Translations under genes and position numbers: made by a program
Notes under the pieces: generated by a model
What the model was told of the DNA's origin: nothing
The model's database searches: none
The model's input: only the letters and a program-made list of their open reading frames with translations
Shown: positions 24,170 through 36,100 of the stretch, in pieces
Numbering within the stretch: the first letter of the stretch is position 1
Layout of the letters: each line of letters opens with the position of its first letter
Source: Octopus sinensis
Taxonomy: Eukaryota
NCBI RefSeq assembly: GCF_006345805.1
Contig: NC_043022.1
Location: forward strand, 17,608,001 to 17,672,000
Reading direction: 5' to 3'
DNA: 64,000 bases

Positions 24170-24765
24170 AGAACATGTGATGATGTAGCCATGAATAGGA
24201 TCTTTTATAATTTGCTTATTTTGGGGCTGCCAGGGATTTGGATTATGTTCTTGTTTGTTCTGCTTGGTATCATTACAACTGCCGCAGTAATAATAGCTAA
24301 TGTTGTTTTCAGATGCCATATTCTGATTTCAATCTGTAGGTCCTTATATTTGCTCAGTTTTTCAACTGTTTTTGGACGTGTGTTTTCGTCAGCTCTGACT
24401 GCAACAACAGTCAGAAGACAAGTTGCTTCAATATGATTTTTCACAATGAAATCTGACCAACTTGACTATCAGTATGAACACATTATTACTCTCTTATTAT
24501 AACTATTCCATGCTATATTAGTTAGCAAATATGTTGTCTTGTGGTTTGGTGACAACAAGTCTCTTCAAATCTCAAGAAACTTTCTTAAGATTCTTGCAAA
24601 ATACAGGACTTCTCCTTTTATCTGCAGGTTCACAATGCAAGTCTAAATTCCAGTCTCTTCAAGTCTGGATGTGGTGCCAACTGCATCTATTATTACGTCA
24701 ATAATTATCATCTTAGTCTTTTGTAATTTTTTAATTTCTCTGATTAGGTTCCAATATTTCTCATT
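24170..24765 (-). mobile_element. Decayed R4/Dong-type 3' fragments (two)
   Basis: EKLSKYKDLQIEIRIWHLKT (ORF 24205-24444) and EKYWNLIREIKKLQKTKMIIIDVIIDAVG (~24675-24762). Confidence 0.65.
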
Positions 24766-25867
24766 TTATTCAATTTCTTTGTTTCAGTTTGAGAAATATA
24801 TTTAAATTTTCCTTTCTTAAACCAGGAGTTAAATAGGAAGACTCGTAGAAGAGTGGTTGTGAAGGTTAACAAATGCTCTTACAAGAATGCCTTAACAATA
24901 TTTGCTCACTCTTCCATTACTATTTTCTGTAAAGTGTTTGTGTCTATTTTTATACGTAATCTTGTTAATGTTGGTGCTGCAAATACAATGCAAATACAAG
25001 CAATATTGAGGTTGAAGCCTATTGCCGTCCATATTTCATTTATTTTAAATGAAATTTCTTTATTGTTTCCTTTATCATTTTTTCACCTTAGTTATTTAGA
25101 AAACCATTTTAATTTCCTCATTAACAATGCAATTTTAATTAAACTCTTTTAGTTACTCTATCATTTATGTTAACATCCATTTTACTGAAATAATTGTGTC
25201 ATTAACTTATGCCAGTTACAAATGACACCAAAAGGCACATCTCTTAATTGTTGTCACGTTCAAACGCTTGAGTCTTTTGTGTTTCAGTTCCATCATGTAC
25301 AGTATCATAATTGTTTTGCTCTGCTCTGACAATAATTAGTTCATTATTGACATATATTTTCCAGAAATAAAAATATCAGATTTGTCATGTGCTACATTCT
25401 GTCTGTCATCTAAAATTACATAGATTTTTTTCACTTTGTCATTTTTTAAAGATAAGGGAAGGTTTTACAAGAGAGGTTTTCCTTGGATACTTGAAATTTC
25501 GTGACCATTTATATGGAGAGCAACTTTGAAAGATTTATTCATACAAAATTTGTCAAGGAAAGATTGCATCCAAAAAAGAGCAAGGGTGGGGAATAAATAA
25601 AAGAAATCTAAATCATAAGTTGACCAACATTTTTGTTCTTAGAATTGTTTTTCATTGGATCCACTTCAAATTTGTAAGTGTTACATTTTTTTTATTTGCT
25701 TCGGCCATTAGTCTTCAGTCATACTGGAGTGCCGCCTTGAAGAATTTTTAGTTGAATAAATTATTTTTTTTAAAGCCTGGTACTTATTTTATCAGTCTCT
25801 TTTATCAAACTGCTAAGTTATGAGGACATAAACACACCAACTCTGGTTGTCAAGCATTGGTGAGGGA

Positions 25868-25903
<36 letters not shown>

Positions 25904-26473
25904 GGGCTTCTTTCAGTTTCCATCTACCAAATGCACTCAGAAAGCTTTGATTGGCCTAAGGCTAAAGAAGACATTTGCTCAAGGTGCCACGCAGTAGGAC
26001 TGAACCCAGAACCTTGTGGCTGGGAAGTAAACTTCTCACCTCACAGCCAGCCATGCCACACTTTTATTCAGAACTGACACATTTTTCTTAATTCCAACTG
26101 CAGTAACCCAATAATGGCTTCTAACTGTGACTCCCCAGTCATCACACAACAGAAACATGGAAATTAACAAAAATAAGTCTTTTTGTTGAGTTAATTTGTC
26201 TGTTCCCTTTCTGTACTTGGTAAAAAGCCATTAGTTGAAGAGGACTACCCTTGACCTTTGTCGACTGGAAATGTTACAGTTGTGATAATTACAATTGTAG
26301 AGGGAGAGTAACAGTTGAGCTGTGGGCCCTTCACCATTTTAGTTCCATTTCTCAATGTCTTTTAGTTTATGCCTCACTGAGCTCATCTCTTTTTTGCATC
26401 CTATCATCCCTTACAAATTAATGGTCACGTGTCAGTTTGTCATTCTTCATGGACATTCATGAGAAGCAAAATC

Positions 26474-26513
<40 letters not shown>

Positions 26514-26544
26514 TAGATAGATAGATTGATAGATATATAAATGC

Positions 26545-26925
26545 AGATGACGCTGTGTAATAAGAAGTTTACTTTCCAACCACATGGGGGTCTGGGTTCA
26601 GCCCGACTTCATGGCACCTTGGGCAAGTGTTTTCTGCTATAGCCTTGGAGTGGAATTTAGTAGGCAGAAACTGAAAGAAGCCTGTCATATATATGTCTGT
26701 GTGTCTTTTTATCTGTGTTTGTCTCCCACTACCACTTGACAACCGATGCTGGTGTTTATATCCCCATAACTTAGTAGTTCAACAAAAGGAACCAACAGAA
26801 TAAGTGTCAGACTTAAAAAGAAAAAAAGAAACACTGGGGTCGAGTTGTTTGACTAAAAATTCTTCAAAGCAGTGCTCCAGCATGGCCACAGTATTGCGAC
26901 TAAAACAAGTAAAAACTAAAAGATA
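26545..26925 (+). mobile_element. tRNA-derived CORE-like SINE (second family)
   Basis: Contains gggttcag (B box-like), ggcaccttgggcaagtg (CORE-like), an internal TG tract and the tail gctccagcatggcc.cagt..gactaaaacaagtaaaa. Other copies at about 20260-20520(-), 25700-26060(-), 37520-37895 and 54720-54870. Confidence 0.75.
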
Positions 26926-27268
26926 TCTATACATATGTATTTGGTGTATTTATGTTAAAACGGATTTTTTCTCTCTTTTGATATTATTTTCATTGAAAAG
27001 AAAAACAAAAGCACTTTCCTCTCTCGTATTTTATGTTGCATATGACTCTCTCTCTCTCTCTTGTTCTCCTATCCATGTTCTCTCTTTATCTCAGTCCTTC
27101 TTTCCTTCCTTACTTTCTCTCCAACTTCTCTCAACCATTTTTTTCTCTGATTCTGTCAATTCTTTTTATGCTTTCCCCCCATTTCACGCCCTTCTTCCCC
27201 TCTATCATTCTTTCATCTATATTTTATTTCCCCCACTTTTTTTCTCACCTTATCCTTCAGTTACCGCA

Positions 27269-27444
27269 ATGAAGACCAGGCACAAGGCAGCATCTCCGTC
27301 CGTAGAAGATTTGATAACTGACAGTACAGACAATGAAGAATCGCAGCCTGTGAGTATACCAGACGAGCCCCAAGTCGAGACGTCTGCCACGAGTCAAAAG
27401 CGAACTGTCCAAGATGGTCGCGCCCTTATGCAAGGTTCCACGTC
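27269..27444 (+). CDS. SLC36A: SLC36 coding exon 1 (acceptor ends 27260, ATG 27269), cytosolic N-tail
   Basis: Long pyrimidine tract ending ttcag, then ttaccgcaATG. Encodes [16 protein letters not shown]...ALMQGST. Donor tc|gtaagc. Confidence 0.8.
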
Positions 27445-30031
27445 GTAAGCAGCAATTATGAAATTATTTATTAATTATCATTGGTTTGTTTGCATGTTTG
27501 TTTCAATGAGTTTGTGTGTGTGTGTGTTGTATAAAACTTTGGCAGAGCACAGATGAGGAAAAGCAGAAAGGAGGTCTAACAATTTATTAATTAGGCCAGT
27601 GGTTCTCAACTGGGGTCCATATAAACCCTAGAGCTCCATATATGATGTTTTGGGGTTCACAGAAGTAAAATGCATTTATGGCAAGAAATAGCTGGGTTTC
27701 TTTCTCCATTGTTTTACGTAGTTCTTTATACGTTTCTGGCAGAGAGTTGCAAACACACACAAATGAGTGTGTGAAAAACAAAATAAGAATTTTGAAAGAA
27801 ATATCTTTAAAATAGAAGTCAAAGGGGTCCAAAAGTAAAAAAAAAAAAATGTTGAAAACCAGTGGATTAGATAAAAGATAGCATAGAGCTTAGTGAGTTC
27901 TGAACCTGGTTATTGTCAAATGAATGAGTGTTTCATCCGTTTGTTGTAATGGGTTCAACTTGTCCTCTGCGTTTTGTTTGGAAAGGTTTTGGACTTTGTT
28001 GGTCAGATTTGTTCTTGATGCACTGAATAATATCGACTGGGCTCCAAACAACTTGCAAACAATGCACTGATAGAGTTAGAAGTGACAAACAGTTTGCAAT
28101 AGAGTCCCAATAAGCAATATATTATGGGCTTCATCAGAAACGGCAGAGGAAAGATAAAGTCTTGAAAGTTTTGTTTTATTGTGGTTGTTGTTGGATAGAC
28201 TTGATTATACTGATTGGGTAAACTTGTAACAAAGTGATAATGAATCTAATGAAGTGTTTGACTGATGTGTCTCAGCCTGTCTTTATTTGGGGACATACAG
28301 TCATATGTCTGCTTTTAAAAACATCTGGGTGTTTATTGAGTACAATTTAACTGGTGCAGATACTCTGTATATCTTTTTCCAGTATATTGTGTTAGGGAGG
28401 GTTTCTTGATGTAGGCTAGAAAACCCAGAGGTCACAGGTGTTAAAATATGACATCAAGACTTAAAGAAGTGGTTATATGGATGAATGCCCAAGTTATTAA
28501 AATGCCTACATGCTCTTTTATCGGCAGTTTAAAAAATCTGCTGTGTTTCATTCTGTCTCTTGGCTGGACACTATGTCAGACTGAGTTCACTTAACAGATT
28601 AAACTGAGCATCAGATCTGTGAATGATACCTGGAATAGAATGGCATCAATCCAGGGTAAGATTTGGTACTTCGTGTTTGTGTGTGTAGAAGTGTGTGTGA
28701 TTTGATTTCTTCGTGTATTAAAAGCAGTGGTTGCACATCTACTCACCTCATTCTCCTGTTTCTATGTCTGTTGCAGCAACATGTCGTCCATTATGAATTT
28801 TTTGAAAGGAAACATTGGTACAGGTCTTTTGGCATTACCATCAGCTTTCAAACATTCAGGATTGTGGGTAACTATCACACTAGATTTTTTTCTTTTCTTT
28901 TTTGTTTTTGTTAACCTTCATATAATTCTTAAGGCAGTGAGCTGGCAGAATCATTAGCTTGCTGGGTAAAATGCTTACAAGCATTTTGTCCATCTTTATG
29001 TTCTGGGTTCAAATTGTGCCAAGGTCAGCTTTGCCTTTCATCCTTTCGGGGTCCATAAAATGAGTACCAGTTGAGCACTGGGGTTCTTGTAATCAACTTA
29101 CCCCCTCTTACCCGATGCCAGTGCCAACTGACTGGCACCCGTGCCGGTGACATGTAAAGAGCACCATTCGAGTGTGGCCAATGCCAGTGCTGCCTGACTG
29201 GCTCCCCGTGGCTGGTGACACATAAAAAAGCATCCTCTACACTCCTGGAGTGGTTGGCATTAGGAAGAGAATCCAGCTGTAGAAACTTTGCCAAATCAGA
29301 TTGGTGCAGCCTCCTGGCTTGCCAGTCCTCAGTCAAACCGTCCAACCCATGCCAGCATGGAAAGTAGACATTAAACGACAATGACAACGATGATGATGAT
29401 GATGATGATATATATATTAGTTGCTGGTAGGGACTCTGTATTTAATTTTTGTAACCATAATACACTACCAAGTGTTTCGAAAGATTTTTAGTCAGAACTG
29501 TGTTGTATTATTGTGTTGGCAGTGTGACTCAATCCCTTTTAAGTTCTCTCTACAGATTAGAGCCAGAACTGAAAGTTACAATGTTTCATATACGAATATG
29601 TCCATGTAAACAATGCAGTTGAAGATAGAAAAATCAGTGATGGGTGTAGATGCATATTTCCAAACCTGGGCACCAAACCATTAATCCATTAATTGTTAAC
29701 AAATTTAATATTTTCATTAACGATTTAGCTTAACTTTGAAAATCATTATCAGACTAATTAACTTCTATTACATTTAACTTCCATTAACTCATGGCAACTT
29801 CAGTTAACTTCCATTACCTTCAATTCCATTGAAGTCATTAGATTTTATAGTTTTGGTACTTTTTAAAGGTGTTTTTAGAGCAAAAACTGATTTTGGGTTT
29901 TTTTTTCCTATAATAAAAACTAATATTAGCAATTTATTGATAACTTCCATTTACATTTTTAACGAATCAACTGATTCACAGTTAACAAAGTTAACTTTTC
30001 GATTTGCATATTTCAAGAATGTGTTTAATAT

Positions 30032-30102
<71 letters not shown>

Positions 30103-33100
30103 CAAACACATACACATGCTTTGATAGCTTTAAAACAATTTTGTAATGTTTAGAAATCCAGTTATTTAGAGCAGATAAAGTAAGGCAGAATAGATTATTT
30201 TCATAACGGATAAAAGCAAGACTGATAGGTGAGGTTGTAGAATTTGGTAGCAATGAAAAATTGGTGACAATAAATTCTATATCTGTGAAACTATTGCCTC
30301 TTAATGAATGTAGAAACAACATGTTGAGGTTATTAATAATTGTGATTATAAAAGGTAAAAAAAGGTAAAGAATATAATGGAGAAATATGATTAGGATGAA
30401 TCGAAGCAGAACTTGTAGATTAGTGGATTATTAAGCGAATACAATAAAGTAATGCCAGAAATATTTACAAAGAACAATGTGGAAATATAAGAGGAGTTAC
30501 ATAAGCAAAAACAAAAGAAATCTGCAGAAGAAACCAGTTGGGCAAAATTATAAGATGAACCTGGACAATACAGGTTCAATTCACAAAAATGGTAGTCATT
30601 CATCATCATCATCATCGTTTAACGTCCGCTTTCCATGCTAGCATGGGTTGGACGGTTCAACTGGGGTCTGGCAAGCCCGAAGGCTGCAACAGGCCAGTCA
30701 GATCTGGCAGTGTTTCTACAGCTGGATGCCTTTCCTAATGCCAACCACTCCGAGAGTGTAGTGGGTGATTTTATGTGCCACCGACACAGGTGCCAGTCGA
30801 GGCTGGCAGACGGCCACGCTCGGATGGTGTTTTTTATGTGCCACCGACACAGGTGCCAGACGAGGCTGGCAGACGGCCACACTCGGATGGTGCTTTTTAT
30901 GTGCCACTGACACAGGTGCCAGACGAGGCTGGCAGACGGCCACACTCGGATGGTGCTTTTTATGTGCCACTGACACAGGTGCCAGACGAGGCTGGCAGAC
31001 GGCCACACTCGGATGGTGCTTTTTATGTGCCACCGACACAGGTGCCAGACGAGGCTGGCAGATGGCCACGCTCGGATATGGTGTTTTCTTATGTGCCACC
31101 GACACAGGTGCCAGACGAGGCTGGCGAACGGCTACGATCGGATGGTGTTTGTTACGTGCCCACCGCACGGAGGCCAGTTGATGCGGTACTGGCTACGGTC
31201 CCGTTCGGATGGTTTTCTTATGTGCCACCGGCACTGGTACCACAAAGATACAAATTCCATTGATGTTCATCTATATTGATTTGATTCGATTTGACTTCGA
31301 TTTGACTTTCCCGTGCCTCAACAGGTCTGAAGTAGAAAACAGAAAAACAAAACAAAGGAAGACATTAAAACAAAACATGTCTATGAATAGAAACATGATT
31401 AAAGACAAATGTATTTAAGACTCGGCAAAGATTATGTGCTCACACACACACACATACACACACACACGTACATATATAGGATATACATGTATACATCTAC
31501 AGAAAGATAGACATCCATATATATTTATATGTATCTATATCACCCCCACCATTGTTATCATCATCATCATTTGCAACAGGCTTTAATGATGATGATGATG
31601 ATACAAATACATATAAATGGCGTAAAAGCTCACAAAGCTATGATCTATACATTTGTGTAAATTTACAAAAAGTACTGCATTTACAGTAAATGCGGACATG
31701 CATATACACCCACACACACAATCACAGCCACACACAAATGTTTCAATAATTCAAATGTTTTACTTAATGTGTTTTCCTGTGCTGGTAAAGTTTTGAGATG
31801 GGATTTCTACAACCAGGTGATGCTCTTCCTATCACCAACCCTCACCTGTTTTTTAAGTAAATAATATTTTTAGTACAAAAGAAGAATTTGAAAAAAGAGT
31901 AGAGATAGCAGAGAAAAAGTTGGTAGAAAAGCTGAACCAATGCCACCAGTTGCTACCTAGCCACAACTTGTGGAAGCTACATTGTAGCCAGAACCAAATG
32001 TAGTCTGAAAACATTCACTCACAAGGCATCCATGCAGGCACACACGTGTATGTGCATATATATATATGTGTGGGTGTATGGATGATGGTGTGTGGTGTGG
32101 GTGCTGGGAAGTGGTCAGTGCTAGTGTGTGTGTGTGGGGGGGGTAGAGGTGTTCCTTATGTTAGATTATAAATATTTATTCAGGTGGGAAGAGAAAAGGG
32201 TAGGGGGATAATGGTGGTGGAGTCTTTCCCACTTTATCCCCTCTTTCTGCGGATCTTCCTTTTCTGTTTCCACAGGTTGCATCCACTTTGAGCCCTTTGT
32301 ACAGCTGCCTTCATCATTACGTATCACTCACCGGTCCCAGCAGAGTCTTCTCCTCTCCTGCACACTACATCTTATTCCTCTTCTCCTCTACTTGCTCTCT
32401 CAGCTTGTTTGTACTCTTCCATTTACGCTCATTAAAATTACAAAGTGCAACTTCTTCATTTCATTTGTTCTTCACCTGTTTTACAAAGAAGAACCCTGGG
32501 GTCTCACCATAGGGTCTGTTTGTATAAACAGGATAAATGTGCTTTTATTAAACATATGTAAATTGATTTACAACTTATTCCTGAACCCTGTCTCAATCAG
32601 GTGTGTGTGTGTGTGTGTGTGTATAATATACATATATATGCACCCACACTCACATGTCTACATCTGGACTTACACCCATTGTTGAAGTTTATGTTGCTAA
32701 ATTGTATTTAACTTGACTCTAATTTTTAAAACAATTATGTTTTCAGGTTGGTTTTGCTGGTATATTGTTTCTAGGCTGCATAGCTACACATTGTATGCAC
32801 ATTCTTGTCAACTGCAGCCATAAATTATGCGAACGGTGAGCATTAAAGATAATATTTTCTGGTAAAATTAAGTTTGTGTAACTGAACAAAGTTGAGACTT
32901 TCTTGCTGTCTTCGTCTCCCTGCCCCCCAACTGACCCCTCCTTATTCTACCTACGCACTGCTAAATAAAATGCATCATAGATTTTACTTTGGTTCCTAAC
33001 TCTTTGTTTTTGTTGGTTCACTGTTTAGCATATCTTACCCAAATATTCCACCTGTTTTGTGTTCAAACCAGCCAAATCGAACCTCATGCCTACCTTATTT

Positions 33101-36100
33101 TATCATTCTGAAAAGAAACAATCACATCATCAAAATCTTCTGGCCATGAGATAATGCCTGGTTAATTCAAAACAATGTGACTAAATAAGAGTTACATTTG
33201 ACCAAGTAATCTGAACGCTAAACGGTTCACTTGTATGTACAGTTTCCTTGGTTAACTTGATAATGGACACTGCATGTTGCCATTAGCCGATGAACTGCCA
33301 ACCTCCTGGTTGTGTTACCTGCTTTTCTAGCTACTCTAGCTGAAGTGAGGTCATAACACCATGCTAACAGTGGAGTTCACCTCAACACTCGTGAACTGTT
33401 CTCACTTTCAATCCATTCAGTTGTTCCTATGTAGTGTTTGATATCAACATGACAAAAAAGGAGAATTCTCGTGAGAACAGAGTGTTGTTCAACCTTGGAT
33501 CAGCTCAGAGCTAGCAGACTTAAAATGAGGGACGTTCTAACCATGATCATCCTGTCTTTTATTGCAACAATGTTTGTAGGACTACACTCAGGGCTGAATT
33601 TAGATTGTGAGACCCTTGGGCCAGTAGGTTTTGGAAGCTCTTATGATTTTCCTAATTCAAGACATAATAAGAGGCCCCAAAACTCACAAGGGTCTTAATA
33701 GATTTAGAAGGACTCAGTTAAATATCAAAGGGTCCAATAAATCAAAAAAAGGGCTCAATAATTTTAAAAGAATTCTGTTGGATTTAAACAAGTAAAAAAA
33801 TTACAAATTAACTGCTTATTTGTTGTAAATATATTTTTAAATTTTTAACTCCAAACTTTAGGCTTCCCTGAGTTTTAGGGATTCCCAATGCTTGGATCGC
33901 TGATCCACAGCCCATATTGGCAAAGACATCAATCTGGCTCTGACTGTGTTATCCAATATTATGTTCTTTTTTTTTAAAATTATGATAGTGAGCGATTTAA
34001 GGAAAACTTGGCTGCTATTTAGCCTGTTACGAGAAACCCCATAAAGGCTCCTGTGTTTTTGTATATTTTTAAGTGTAGTGATTGTGAATGCACTGACATA
34101 TTGAGTGAGGAATAGAACAGAACACATTGCCTTTTGGGCTTTTATCATTTTAGTTGTTTCTCTCTAAACTAATCCAGTTTCATTCTGCCTCAATGTTATT
34201 TTTTATTTTATTGAAATGAAAGTTCAGCATCTTGGGCCCTCCTAAACAACTCATTGTTTGTAGTTTATTATAAAGAACTAATCTCTTGGTTTTCTTAGTA
34301 CACCATTAACTCTGCCATTTGAAACTTCTTTCAAACCCCAAAAATTAAAATTGAAGAAACTAAAAGACAAATCCCAAAATATATTACTTCAGGATTTATC
34401 CTTCTTTGAAAGAAAGTTTCCATTTTGACAAGACAGAAAAAAAATTACAAAAGAAAAATTAATTTTTTATTATGTTTGATAATCTTTCAAAAATAAAAAT
34501 TAATTCGATAGTTTTCATTCTCAGAATTCTAATTGGTGTCAGAAAGTCCTCTCAGTTTCCGTTGTACTTGGATCCACTTGATTCAAGTTAATAGATTAGA
34601 AGCGAAGCAGTTAGGATCAGATTTGTTATTTCAAGTGGAATGTTAATAACACTGTTTTTTTATTGTTTTTATGTCTTTGGTCAGTAAGTGTTATTTCCTA
34701 TTTGCTTTTGTCAAGAAATTGAAGGAAACAATTGCTATTTCCTTCAAAGTTTGCTTTTGTGACCTGGATATCAATGTCTTGAAACTGACCGATTTTCCAT
34801 TACATTTCAGACAGATTCAGTGTTGAGTTGCTGAAGCATAAATATTGTTATAGCAAATATTCCACTTAATGCCACAGATTTGCTTGTCATATGCTTGACC
34901 GTGACCACTTGAGCATTTCCCTTAGTGGCTGACAATAGGTGCATCTCTGACCATGAACAGGCATAGTGAGGGAGCATCATAGTCATGTGTTTAGAGAGAT
35001 TCTTTAAGGTTTGAATTAATGTAACAAAAACAGAGTTTGAAGGAAATATTAGGCATTTTTCATTCTTTCTAGGGGTCAGCAAATAGGAAATAATATCAGT
35101 TGCTCCCCAAGGAAAAAAATCGTGTTATACAGTGTAATGGTTACTTTTATGAGTTTAGTACAAATTGATTCTATTTATGTAGACAAAGCTGGAACGTACT
35201 CAGCCTTCTTATGAAGACTGCTTGATGTATTTAATGAAGTTGGTAAGAACAATTTCAAGATAATGGTTGCAGGAAGACCTTAGACTAAAGTGTTTCAGAA
35301 ATGTGTCCTGGGAGGAAAGACTGGGGAGTGTACCAGTGAGCAACTCCATGATATTCAGTGAAGTAATATTTTTTTTAATGTAATCTAGGATGTATGTGGA
35401 GTAACCACACCATGCCCTCTGTGGGTCCTTTCTGAACTTTGAATGGAGTGAGTAGTTGTTGGGGCTGAAGTATTTTCTGACTCTGGTGGCAAGAAAGTGT
35501 GAAGAGAGCTGAACAGCAGGGGGTCTTCAGAAAAGAATCACTCTTCAAGCAAGTGTTTTGACCCTTAACTTCTTATATTCTAAAGAGGTGTGGGGAGCCA
35601 CATCCAGGTCATGGCTTTTAGGTGCCCTTTTGCTGACACTTTTTAATCACTTGGATATCAGAGATTTGCACATTTAAACTACTTTGAGTGGTTTAAATGC
35701 AGTTCGATTTTATCTCAATGTCATTTTATATTATTGAAATGAAAGTTCAGCATCTTGGCCCCTCCTAAACAACTCATTGTTGGCAGTTTATTATGAAGAA
35801 CTGGTTTCTTGGTTTTCTTAATACACCATTAACTCAGCCATTTGAATCTTATTTCAAGCTTAAAAGAAGGGCCAGAGTTTGTGGTGCAGTCTTTGCATAG
35901 TTGCAAGTGTGCATATTTGAGAAGAGATGTTCAATGATAGTAAAGCCAACCATTTTTAGCCAAGTTGAAGCTTCCACGTCTATGTGCAGTGAAGGTAGTT
36001 GATATGAAGGTTTTCTCTGTAGGAATACTGCTTATAGTCGAGGAGTAAAGGAAGGGAATATCTTGTGAAGTTGTTGAAGATCCTTTTGGCAACAGATGTA

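Noticed and set aside
26804-27260. 5' part of the 214-aa ORF as an SLC36 N-terminal extension
   Set aside because: It consists of a SINE tail and the intronic pyrimidine tract. Coding starts after the acceptor at 27260.
30773-31240. CRISPR-like array or repetitive protein ORFs
   Set aside because: There are no unique spacers. It is a contiguous minisatellite in an RTE 3' UTR, and the ORFs arise because the unit length is a multiple of 3.
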